DNA from: Clostridia bacterium
GTDB lineage: Bacteria; Bacillota; Clostridia; CAKSNL01; HGM11501
NCBI GenBank assembly: GCA_045545475.1
Contig: JAZQAZ010000002.1
Span: forward strand, 35,071-99,070
Direction: 5' to 3'
Length of the DNA: 64,000 nt
The translations under genes and the position numbers were made by a program. The notes under the pieces were generated by a model. It was given only the letters and a program-made list of their open reading frames with translations, made no database searches and was not told the DNA's origin. This document shows, piece by piece, positions 19,174 to 27,244 of this stretch. Each line of letters starts with the position of its first letter. Position 1 is the stretch's first letter.

Positions 19174-19205
19174 GGCTGTATCCTTTTTTGGATGCAGCTT
19201 TTTCA
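19174..19205 (+). terminator. Riboswitch expression-platform terminator
   Basis: ggctgtatcc-tttttt-ggatgcagct (one G-U pair) followed by ttttt. Confidence 0.7.
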
Positions 19206-19514
19206 TTTGTGCGCGCGACAGATGAAAAGCGCATTTCCGGTTTCATTTGCCGGAAAAAGCTTTAAGAAAAGCGAATTATCAATCCTTGCCTTTTGCGATA
19301 TTATCAAAGCACACGGAAGTCACTCGATATATGGTTTGAATTTTTTATTCAAACTCTTAAACCTTAAACGCAGGGAAATTTAGTGCAATTTCAATGCGGA
19401 GGACGAAGTAAGGCTGGCGCCTTTCGAGGACGACAAATTGAAAGAGTGCAAATTTACCAAGTTTAGGGCGTGTATGGAGTGTCTTATGTGTGCTTCCTGA
19501 AAGGATTGAAAAAA

Positions 19515-20144
19515 ATGAAAACAAAAAAACTTGTAGTCTGTGCAATGCTTATTGCACTGGGCAGTGTGCTTTCGGTAATTCAGCCCTTTGCACTGCCTTT
19601 CGGCGGGGGAATAACCCTTGCTTCAATGATGCCTGTATGCTTAATCGGTATGATTTACGGAATGAAGACAGGCGTTTTATCGGCACTCTGTTTCAGCGTG
19701 ATTCAGATGTTTTTAGGAGCATCCACCATTGGTGCGGCATTTTTGCCCGGGGAAGACCAGATGATTTTGTGGAAAGCCATTTTAATGTGCTTACTTGACT
19801 ATACCCTTGCGTATACGGTTTTAGGCTTATCAGGCATTTTCAAAAACAAAATCAAAAATGATGAGGTTGCAATTCTTGCAGGTTCTGCCTTTGTAACCTT
19901 CCTTCGCTACGTAGCCCATATCCTCTCCGGTTACATACTCTGGGGAAGCTACGCAGAGTGGTTCTTTTCTCAGGAAGGATTTTATGCCTTCGGTGAAAAA
20001 ATACTTAATGCTTTTTCGGGAAACGGACTTGCCTTTATCTATTCGGTAATTTATAACGGCCTTTATATGGTTCCCGAAATCATCATTACAGCACTGGTTA
20101 CGCCGATAGTTTATAAGGCTCTTAAAAAATCAAAAGCGTTTTAA
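19515..20144 (+). CDS. thiT: Thiamine transporter ThiT/YuaJ (ECF S-component type)
   Basis: Six-TM small membrane protein. The segments LLDYTLAYTVLGLSGIF, FLRYVAHILSGYILWGSYA and YSVIYNG parallel ThiT as I recall it. It lies downstream of the TPP riboswitch. The start is trimmed to MKTKKL with RBS aaagga. Confidence 0.75.
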   Translation: MKTKKLVVCAMLIALGSVLSVIQPFALPFGGGITLASMMPVCLIGMIYGMKTGVLSALCFSVIQMFLGASTIGAAFLPGEDQMILWKAILMCLLDYTLAYTVLGLSGIFKNKIKNDEVAILAGSAFVTFLRYVAHILSGYILWGSYAEWFFSQEGFYAFGEKILNAFSGNGLAFIYSVIYNGLYMVPEIIITALVTPIVYKALKKSKAF

Positions 20145-20146
20145 TT

Positions 20147-20181
20147 AAAAAGCCACGAAAACATTTGTTTTCGTGGCTTTT
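20147..20181. terminator. Hairpin terminator between convergent genes
   Basis: agccacgaaaac-attt-gttttcgtggct with flanking A and T runs. Confidence 0.8.
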
Positions 20182-20183
20182 GC

Positions 20184-20858
20184 TTATTCTTTTTCTTTGC
20201 TTGCTCCATGCTTAAGGTTTTCTTTGTAAATAACTATTGCGTTGCTTGAATTTAAGCCGATTTTCTCAATGTAACTTGGTGCATAAACCGAAAGGTGGTT
20301 GAGGATTTCGATAAAGTGGGCACTTAAGTGATGCCTTCCGCAATAGTTGAAAATAGAAAACAAACGGGGAATTTCAAATATTGTCGGAGTAATCGAACCG
20401 TCGGGATAGTACCAGATGTAAACATCGTCTTTTAAAGTGGCGTAAGAAAGTGCAAGGGGACTTACATCCTTTTCGGCAAATTCCTTTTCCATTGTCAGAA
20501 CTTCGTTGGGATAGATAAGAACCTGAGGGATGAGCGGAGTAGGCTCTCCCTCCGGCATAACCTTTCTTCTGAAAGTGAGGTCTTCAGTATCCCAATGAAG
20601 AGTTACACCTTCTACATCCAATGGAATCAAGCGATCGTCAGTACGAGTGGTAGAGACTTTTAATTGATCCATTTGGATGTCGTCATCTTCTTCGTCTGTG
20701 TGTGGAAAACGATTTATGCAGAAGTCAATTCTGTCTTTGTAATATGCAACTTCTGTAGGAACAAAGGTAAAGTCTTTGCAGTAAATTGCCTTAGGTCCAA
20801 CTTCAAATATGTTATATACAAGTACCGGTTTTTCCTTTTTCTTCAAGAATCTGAACAT
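20184..20858 (-). CDS. Hypothetical cytoplasmic protein (224 aa), no domain recognised
   Basis: Good RBS (ggagg) and 26 nt downstream of the preceding minus-strand gene. No motif is recognisable by eye. Confidence 0.6.
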   Translation of the reverse strand: MFRFLKKKEKPVLVYNIFEVGPKAIYCKDFTFVPTEVAYYKDRIDFCINRFPHTDEEDDDIQMDQLKVSTTRTDDRLIPLDVEGVTLHWDTEDLTFRRKVMPEGEPTPLIPQVLIYPNEVLTMEKEFAEKDVSPLALSYATLKDDVYIWYYPDGSITPTIFEIPRLFSIFNYCGRHHLSAHFIEILNHLSVYAPSYIEKIGLNSSNAIVIYKENLKHGASKEKE

Positions 20859-20884
20859 GGTTTTCCTCCGGATTGTGTGTTTGA

Positions 20885-22591
20885 TTACAGCTGGGAATTT
20901 TCTTCCTTAGCACAAATAGCATCATATTCTTCACGAAGCCATTCGTCGCGGCTTTCTAAAAATTCACCTGTGTTAAAGTCATAGCGATAGGTTAAAACAT
21001 CTACCCAGTATGCATAGTTTTTGTAAATTTTAAGGTATTCGATACCGCCACGGCTACCGCAATTCAAATATTTATAGGAACCGTCCAACTTGAGTTCGTA
21101 GAGATTGTAATAATAATTATCAGCGTTTTCATATCCCTTTTTGTGGCCGTATGTAAAGCCGACTCTTTTTCCGTCCGGAAGAGTAATGTGCTTTGAGTAG
21201 AAGAATGTGGACCAGGATAACTTATCAAACAATTCTTCATTGGTCTCCTTAAGATATAAAGAAACAGCAGTGTCAAGCTCGTTTGTATTATCGTAGCTAT
21301 ACACATTTTCGTCAGTGGCAGAGTTACGGATTATAGGAGTGAAATCTCTTGTGTAGCTTAAAGAAATTATCGGTGTAACGCATTCGTTATCATCATAATA
21401 TTCGCCGTCAAAGGGTTTGAATATATCTGAATTACTGATAAAGTAAAGCTTTGTATCTCCGCTTTCGTGGGAATATTTATAAAAACCGGAAGGTGTCTGG
21501 AGAATATTTTTGCTGCCGGTAATTTCGAAAACTTTGGAGTATGCCGAGATAGTCTTCATTTTACCGCTCTTTAAGTCAAAAAGAATGCTGTTTTCAGAGC
21601 TGGAGGAAGAAATATACGCCAAAGAGCCATAACGTGTTATGGTAGAGTAATCCATGGGAACTGTAGCTTTTACAGTCATGTTGTTTGTGTCAATATAAAC
21701 AGGTTTATATGAGCGTGAAGGTGTGAAAAATACTGATGATTCTTCAGATATTATAATGCTACGTCCTGCAACCATATATTCTGCGGGTTTTAAAATGGCA
21801 AAGTCCGAAAGATTGAAGAGGTCAATTCTTGCCCAAAGGTAGTCGGCATTGCTGTAAAAAGCAATTAAAAGCTGATGGCCGTTATATACAAAGAATTCGT
21901 TTGCGGTAAAGTTAATATCATTTCCAAAGCTTCCGAAAAATGTCCAAAGTGTTCTTTCGTTTAAATAAATTTCTCTTCCTTTGGAGCCCAAAAGAGCTTC
22001 GTAAGGAGTTGTGAGAGTAATTATAACAGCATTGTCTTCGATGGGATCACGAATGCCTTCAACAAAATAAGTGCCATCCTGTGAAACGGTATAGGGAACT
22101 CTGGGTATACTTTTTATAACATTATGTGAATTGCTTTTAAGGTCATAGTAATAATTGTAATAGTCATTGTTTTTGTCATACACCTGGAATAAAATAAGGT
22201 GGTCGATTTTAGCCATATAATAAACGTCGTCACCCTGGATAAAATCGGATGGGATATAAGAAGTTTTGTCAAAATCCAGAACACAGGTTTTATTGTTTCC
22301 CTGTAAATCTGATTTCCAGAGCTGAGTATGCTCGCAGGGATGATATCCGTGCGTAAGGAAATATATATTGTTTCCTACTATAAAGAAATTACCGAAATCT
22401 ACTTTTGCATCCATTGAAACTGTGAGAACATCTTTCTCATTCATAGGGGTAGCTGTTTGAGGGTTACCAAAAGCAGATACAGGAGTCTCCGTAGATGATG
22501 CCGGAGAATCTCCCGCCCATACTTTAGCACCACAGGCAAAACAGAAAGCAGCTTCGTCAGGGAGCTGTTTGCCACATTTAATACAGAACAT
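20885..22591 (-). CDS. Zinc-ribbon protein with a large Tyr/Asn-rich beta-rich C-terminal region (possibly DUF5050-like beta-propeller)
   Basis: The N-terminus is MFCIKCGKQLPDEAAFCFACGAKV (CxxC..CxxC). The start is trimmed to the ATG at 22591, preceded by RBS aaaaggagga. No TM segment is present. Confidence 0.6.
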   Translation of the reverse strand: MFCIKCGKQLPDEAAFCFACGAKVWAGDSPASSTETPVSAFGNPQTATPMNEKDVLTVSMDAKVDFGNFFIVGNNIYFLTHGYHPCEHTQLWKSDLQGNNKTCVLDFDKTSYIPSDFIQGDDVYYMAKIDHLILFQVYDKNNDYYNYYYDLKSNSHNVIKSIPRVPYTVSQDGTYFVEGIRDPIEDNAVIITLTTPYEALLGSKGREIYLNERTLWTFFGSFGNDINFTANEFFVYNGHQLLIAFYSNADYLWARIDLFNLSDFAILKPAEYMVAGRSIIISEESSVFFTPSRSYKPVYIDTNNMTVKATVPMDYSTITRYGSLAYISSSSSENSILFDLKSGKMKTISAYSKVFEITGSKNILQTPSGFYKYSHESGDTKLYFISNSDIFKPFDGEYYDDNECVTPIISLSYTRDFTPIIRNSATDENVYSYDNTNELDTAVSLYLKETNEELFDKLSWSTFFYSKHITLPDGKRVGFTYGHKKGYENADNYYYNLYELKLDGSYKYLNCGSRGGIEYLKIYKNYAYWVDVLTYRYDFNTGEFLESRDEWLREEYDAICAKEENSQL

Positions 22592-22812
22592 AAATAATCC
22601 TCCTTTTGATGATGTGAAAATTTTGCTACTATAGTATAGCATAAAGCTAAGCTTCTGTCAATTGAAAGAGAGGCTTTTGAAGATTCTGATCTTTGAATTT
22701 AATGCGGCATGAAATGCATTTTGAAATGTAAGATATGGACAAATGCGATAAAATATGTTATGATAAAACCAGCATAAAGTTGTGCTGAAATAATATGTTT
22801 TGAGGTGATTAT

Positions 22813-23271
22813 ATGAAGATGTTAAAAAAATTGATGGTTGTTATGTTTGCTTTGGTGTTGGCTCTTGCATTGGCAGGTTGCCAAAAGGACTACATAAGCG
22901 AAGAGAAAGCGGAGGAATTTTTGACTAAAGCTGCGGAAATTGAAGAATACAGCGAAATTAAAAATAAAAATACTATAACTCAGGCTGATATCAATATTGA
23001 AAGCTACAATATATTCTTAAAATGGGATGAACTCCTTAATGAAATATACACTTATTTAAGTGAGAATATGGAAGAAGAGGACTTTGCCATCCTTGAAGAA
23101 GACGAGCTTTTATGGATTGCTGAAAAAGAAGCGGCAATAGAAGAAGCGGCGAAGTACTGGGAAGGCGGAAGCGGTGAAGCTATGGTGAGAAACGTGACGG
23201 CGTCAGACTATACAAAGGACAGATGCTATTATCTTATATCCATAGTGAAGGGCGAAAAGCTTCCGGAATAA
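22813..23271 (+). CDS. Lipoprotein with a DUF1311/LprI-like (lysozyme-inhibitor-like) domain
   Basis: Lipobox LALALAGC. DUF1311-like pattern: WDELLNEIYTYL..LLWIAEKEAAIEE..YTKDRCYYL. Confidence 0.6.
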   Translation: MKMLKKLMVVMFALVLALALAGCQKDYISEEKAEEFLTKAAEIEEYSEIKNKNTITQADINIESYNIFLKWDELLNEIYTYLSENMEEEDFAILEEDELLWIAEKEAAIEEAAKYWEGGSGEAMVRNVTASDYTKDRCYYLISIVKGEKLPE

Positions 23272-23305
23272 GGAAGGCTTAAAGACATCATTTTGCCGAA
23301 AGGTA

Positions 23306-23334
23306 TTGACATAGTATCCAATATGATGTATAAT
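23306..23334 (+). promoter_or_regulatory. Sigma-70-type promoter candidate
   Basis: TTGACA (23306-23311), 17 nt, TATAAT (23329-23334), preceded by TG. Confidence 0.6.
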
Positions 23335-23364
23335 GATAGGGAATATTATATTGGAGGTTTCTTT

Positions 23365-25056
23365 ATGGGAAAGATTAATTTAAAGCTCAACGAAGTTGAA
23401 AAATTTGACTCTATTAAAGATATGCTTAATAAGGCAGTTGCCGCTTGCGGTGATAAGCCATTATATAAGTGGAGAGACGGTAAGGAAATAAAGTCTGCTT
23501 CCTACAACGAATTCAGAAAGACCGTTGACTATCTCGGAACAGCACTTTCTTCCATCGGTATGGCAACAAAGCACGTTGCAACATCCGGTGAAAACAGCTA
23601 TAACTGGATTTGCACTTACCTCGCAATGCTTATGTCCGAAGGCGTTTTCGTTCCCATTGACAAGGAAATGCCCATTGACGATATGGTCAGAGTTGTAAAC
23701 AACTCCGACAGTGAAGTGTTCTTCTACGCATCAAAGTTTGAGGATATTTTCCACGAAAGAGAAGCGGAATTCACTAACATCAAGTACTTCATCGGCTTTG
23801 ACCGTGAAGAGGACGAGGGGAAGTTCTTATCCTATAAAAAGTTCCTTGAAAAGGGCAAAAAGCTCTACGAAGAAGGGGACAGAAGCTACGTTGATATGCA
23901 GGGCGATCAGAACGTACTTAAGATGCTTATCTACACCTCCGGTACAACAGGAGATCCCAAGGGTGTTATGCTTTCTGAGCACAATCTTTGTTCCATGATT
24001 TACTACGGAATGCAGGTATCAAGTATTTCAACAGTTGAGCTTGCAGTACTTCCTTTCCATCACACATACGAGGCTGTTCCCGGAATACTTGTTGGTATTC
24101 ACGGCCACGCTACAATGTGCATAAATGCACAGCTTACTCAGGTTCTTAAGAATATGCAGGAGTTTAAGCCTGACTATATGTATATAGTTCCCGCTTTTGC
24201 GGAGCTTTTCTATAAAAAGATATGGGAAGCAGCTAAAAAAGGCGGTAAGGAAAAGGGACTTAAGATTTTAATCAAGGTAAGTAACTTCTTAAGGAAGTTC
24301 GGAATTGACCTTCGTAAGAAGTTCTTTAAGACAATTCACGAGTCTTTTGGCGGGAACCTTTTCAAGCTCATCTGCGGCGGTGCTCCCGTTCGTGCAGAGC
24401 TTGGCGAGTTCTTTGACAGCATCGGTATTTTCCTTATGAACGGTTACGGCATTTCTGAATGTTCTCCCTTAATCGCCGTTAACAGAAGAGAACATAATGA
24501 CTGTACAACAGTTGGTTTCGTGCTTCCCTGCCTTGAAATGAAGCTTCTTGACGAGACAGAAGAAGGCATCGGAGAAATCTGCGTTAAGGGTGACAACGTA
24601 ATGCTTGGCTATTACAAGCGTCCCGACCTTACAGAGGAAGCTATTAAGGACGGTTGGTTTGCAACAGGCGACTATGGAAAGCTTGATCCCGAAGGAAGAC
24701 TCAAGATTACAGGCCGTAAGAAGAATATGATTGTTTTAACCAACGGTAAAAACGTATATCCCGAAGAGCTTGAAGAGCAGATTGGTAACCTTGATTATGT
24801 TAAGGAAGTAGTGGTATATGCAATCCCCGATGAAAACGGTCAGGAAGATGCCCTTCAGGCAGAGGTATTCCTTGATGAAGATTTAGTTAAGGCGATGGCA
24901 GAGGAAAACATTGAAGCACGCCTTATGAAGGACATCAACGAAACCTTCAAAGATTACCCCAGATATAAGCAGATTGCAAAGGTTAAAATCAGAGATAAGG
25001 AATTTATCAAGAATTCCTCCAACAAGATTAAGAGAAACTTAATCGGTAAAGAGTGA
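23365..25056 (+). CDS. fadD: Long-chain-fatty-acid--CoA ligase (AMP-forming acyl-CoA synthetase)
   Basis: AMP-binding motif IYTSGTTGDPKGVMLSEHN, plus GYGISECSP and TGDYGKLDPEGRLKITGRKK. The start is trimmed to MGKINL with RBS ggagg at 23353. Confidence 0.8.
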   Translation: MGKINLKLNEVEKFDSIKDMLNKAVAACGDKPLYKWRDGKEIKSASYNEFRKTVDYLGTALSSIGMATKHVATSGENSYNWICTYLAMLMSEGVFVPIDKEMPIDDMVRVVNNSDSEVFFYASKFEDIFHEREAEFTNIKYFIGFDREEDEGKFLSYKKFLEKGKKLYEEGDRSYVDMQGDQNVLKMLIYTSGTTGDPKGVMLSEHNLCSMIYYGMQVSSISTVELAVLPFHHTYEAVPGILVGIHGHATMCINAQLTQVLKNMQEFKPDYMYIVPAFAELFYKKIWEAAKKGGKEKGLKILIKVSNFLRKFGIDLRKKFFKTIHESFGGNLFKLICGGAPVRAELGEFFDSIGIFLMNGYGISECSPLIAVNRREHNDCTTVGFVLPCLEMKLLDETEEGIGEICVKGDNVMLGYYKRPDLTEEAIKDGWFATGDYGKLDPEGRLKITGRKKNMIVLTNGKNVYPEELEEQIGNLDYVKEVVVYAIPDENGQEDALQAEVFLDEDLVKAMAEENIEARLMKDINETFKDYPRYKQIAKVKIRDKEFIKNSSNKIKRNLIGKE

Positions 25057-25060
25057 GTGA

Positions 25061-25101
25061 AAAAAGCACCTGTTCAATTAAAAGTTGAACAGGTGCTTTT
25101 T
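25061..25101 (+). terminator. Rho-independent terminator
   Basis: agcacctgttcaa-ttaaaag-ttgaacaggtgct followed by a T-run. Confidence 0.85.
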
Positions 25102-25163
25102 ATGAAATATTAGGGCAAGTTACGTATTGTCCGGTTGTATTGTAATAATTTGTGTGTTAAGAT

Positions 25164-25265
25164 GAGATTCTTCACTGCGTTCAGAATGACAATATTGCCT
25201 TCTTCTGTCATTCTGACGTTTCTCATACTATGTCATTATGAAGGAGCTTGCGACTGAAGAATCTC
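25164..25265. repeat. Palindromic intergenic repeat element (inverted arms of about 27-34 nt), dispersed family
   Basis: The left arm gagattcttcactgcgttcagaatgac (25164-25190) is the exact reverse complement of 60697-60723. The right arm is gtcattatgaaggagcttgcgactgaagaatctc (25232-25265). An internal gtcattctgac also occurs. Confidence 0.8.
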
Positions 25266-25366
25266 TTTCATAACAAATGAGTAGCATTTGGGTTATAAAT
25301 AAAAAACTGGACAAGAGGAAAATTTTGTGATAGGATGTTTATATCAAAAGTATCGGAGGGATAAAA

Positions 25367-27142
25367 ATGCTTAAAAAGATCGGCTCATTTTTGCTTATAG
25401 CAGTTATGCTTATGGCGGTATTGACACCGCTTACAATAGTGGCGGCTCAAAGCGGAAAATGCGGAGATAATCTAACATGGACGCTGGATGATGCCGGTAC
25501 GCTTACCATTGCGGGCTCAGGAGATATGTGGAACTGGGAACTTGGTGGGTCTCCGTGGTCCAGTTTTAAAACTCCTATAAATAGGGTTGTAATAATTTAT
25601 GGGGTGACAAGCATAGGAAACTATGCATTCTATGCTTGTAATCTCACGGCAATAAGTATACCGCAAAGTGTGACAAGCATAGGGGATGGGGCGTTCGATT
25701 TTTGCAAAATTCTCACATCGATAAACATCCCATCAAGCGTGACAAGCATAGGTGAAAGGGCGTTTTCTTTTTGCGATAGATTGGTGGCAATCTTTGTGGA
25801 TGACAACAATCAAAATTATTGTAGTATAAACGGAGTTCTTTTCAGTAAAGATAAAAAAATTGTTTTGTGCTATCCAGCAGGTAAAAGGGAAGCTAATTAT
25901 ACAATTCATGAAGGAGTAACCGACATAGGCGAATATGCTTTCTTTTGTTGCAAAAGCCTTACGTCCATAAGCATTCCGTCAAGCGTAACAACGATAGAAG
26001 ATTGGGCGTTTGCTTTTTGCGACAGCCTCATGACAATAAGCATTCCGCCATGCGTGAAGAGCATAGGTGAATATGTGTTCTATAGTTGCGACAGCCTCAC
26101 GACAATAAACATCCCATCAAGCGTGACAAGCATAGGGGATGGGGCGTTCGGTTGGTGCGAAAGCCTCACATCGATAAACATCCCATCAAGCGTGACAAGC
26201 ATAGGGGATGGGGCATTCTCTTATTGCGACAGCCTCGTGGCGATATTGGTTAACAGCAGCAACACTGAATATTCAAATGATGAATATGGAGTGCTTTTTA
26301 ATAAAAATAAAACAAAAATTATACAATATCCGAACGGACGTAAGGAAACTACATATACCATTCCGTCAAGCGTGACAAGCATAGGGAATAACGCGTTTGA
26401 GTTTTGCAAAGGCCTCACGTCAATAAGCATTCCATCAAGCGTGACAAGCATAGGGGAAGAGGCGTTCTCTTATTGCGACAGCCTCACCTCAATAAGTATC
26501 CCTGACAGCGTAACAAGCATAGGGGAAGAGGCGTTCTCTTATTGCGACAGCCTCACATCGATAAAGATACCGTTTAGCGTAACGTACATAGGGGGAGACG
26601 CATTCTACAAGTGCAGAAGACTCACCGACATATATTACGCCGGAAGTGAAGCAATGTGGGAAACTTTAGCAAAAGATGTCGAAGTTCCTGATACTACAAA
26701 AGTTCATTACTATTCTGTTGCACCGGGAACGGTTATAGGCTCGGCGCTTCGCACAAACATAACTGCGGCGATAAACGGCCATGCAATTCCTTCGTTTAAT
26801 GTTGACGGCTATACATACATAGTGGCAGAAGACCTTAAGGATTATGGGTTTGCTGTGTACTTTGACAATTCAACACGGACCCTTGCTATAAATCGTGACA
26901 ATTCAAAGACAGACGTTACAAGAAACTATGTGAAACCTTATGTTCCAAAGAGCGAAGTGGGAATAAAAGAGCACAACATTGTGGCAACGGACATAGTGAC
27001 TTATCTCGACAATAACTACGCTCAAAGCTATAATATAAACGGACTTACGATAATCCCGTTTAATGAGCTTGGAAGATACGGCGCTGTTTATTACGACAAC
27101 GCTACCCGTGTGATAAGTGTAACCATTCCCGGACTCAATTAA
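25367..27142 (+). CDS. Secreted leucine-rich-repeat (BspA-type LRR_5) surface protein with a C-terminal stalk-like repeat region
   Basis: Signal peptide. About 14 repeats of the type L-T-S-I-x-IP-S-SVTSIG-x-x-AF-x-x-C-x-x-L. The C-terminus reads INGHAIPSFNVDGYTYIVAEDLKDYGF and NINGLTIIPFNELGRYG. Confidence 0.8.
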   Translation: MLKKIGSFLLIAVMLMAVLTPLTIVAAQSGKCGDNLTWTLDDAGTLTIAGSGDMWNWELGGSPWSSFKTPINRVVIIYGVTSIGNYAFYACNLTAISIPQSVTSIGDGAFDFCKILTSINIPSSVTSIGERAFSFCDRLVAIFVDDNNQNYCSINGVLFSKDKKIVLCYPAGKREANYTIHEGVTDIGEYAFFCCKSLTSISIPSSVTTIEDWAFAFCDSLMTISIPPCVKSIGEYVFYSCDSLTTINIPSSVTSIGDGAFGWCESLTSINIPSSVTSIGDGAFSYCDSLVAILVNSSNTEYSNDEYGVLFNKNKTKIIQYPNGRKETTYTIPSSVTSIGNNAFEFCKGLTSISIPSSVTSIGEEAFSYCDSLTSISIPDSVTSIGEEAFSYCDSLTSIKIPFSVTYIGGDAFYKCRRLTDIYYAGSEAMWETLAKDVEVPDTTKVHYYSVAPGTVIGSALRTNITAAINGHAIPSFNVDGYTYIVAEDLKDYGFAVYFDNSTRTLAINRDNSKTDVTRNYVKPYVPKSEVGIKEHNIVATDIVTYLDNNYAQSYNINGLTIIPFNELGRYGAVYYDNATRVISVTIPGLN

Positions 27143-27147
27143 AAGCA

Positions 27148-27184
27148 AAAGCCTCACTTTTTAGAAAAAAGTGGGGCTTTTTTA
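27148..27184 (+). terminator. Rho-independent terminator
   Basis: aaagcctcactttt-tag-aaaaagtggggcttt followed by a T-run. Confidence 0.75.
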
Positions 27185-27244
27185 TTGACTAAACAAGGGC
27201 GGTGTAGTATAATTATCCTTGTAAAAATAAAGGGGAGGGTTAAC

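Noticed and set aside
19192-19383. 63-aa ORF between the TPP riboswitch terminator and thiT.
   Set aside because: It has no RBS and begins inside the terminator T-run, and I recognise no protein similarity. I checked whether it could be the missing C-terminus of the MocR-like regulator. It does not resemble one.
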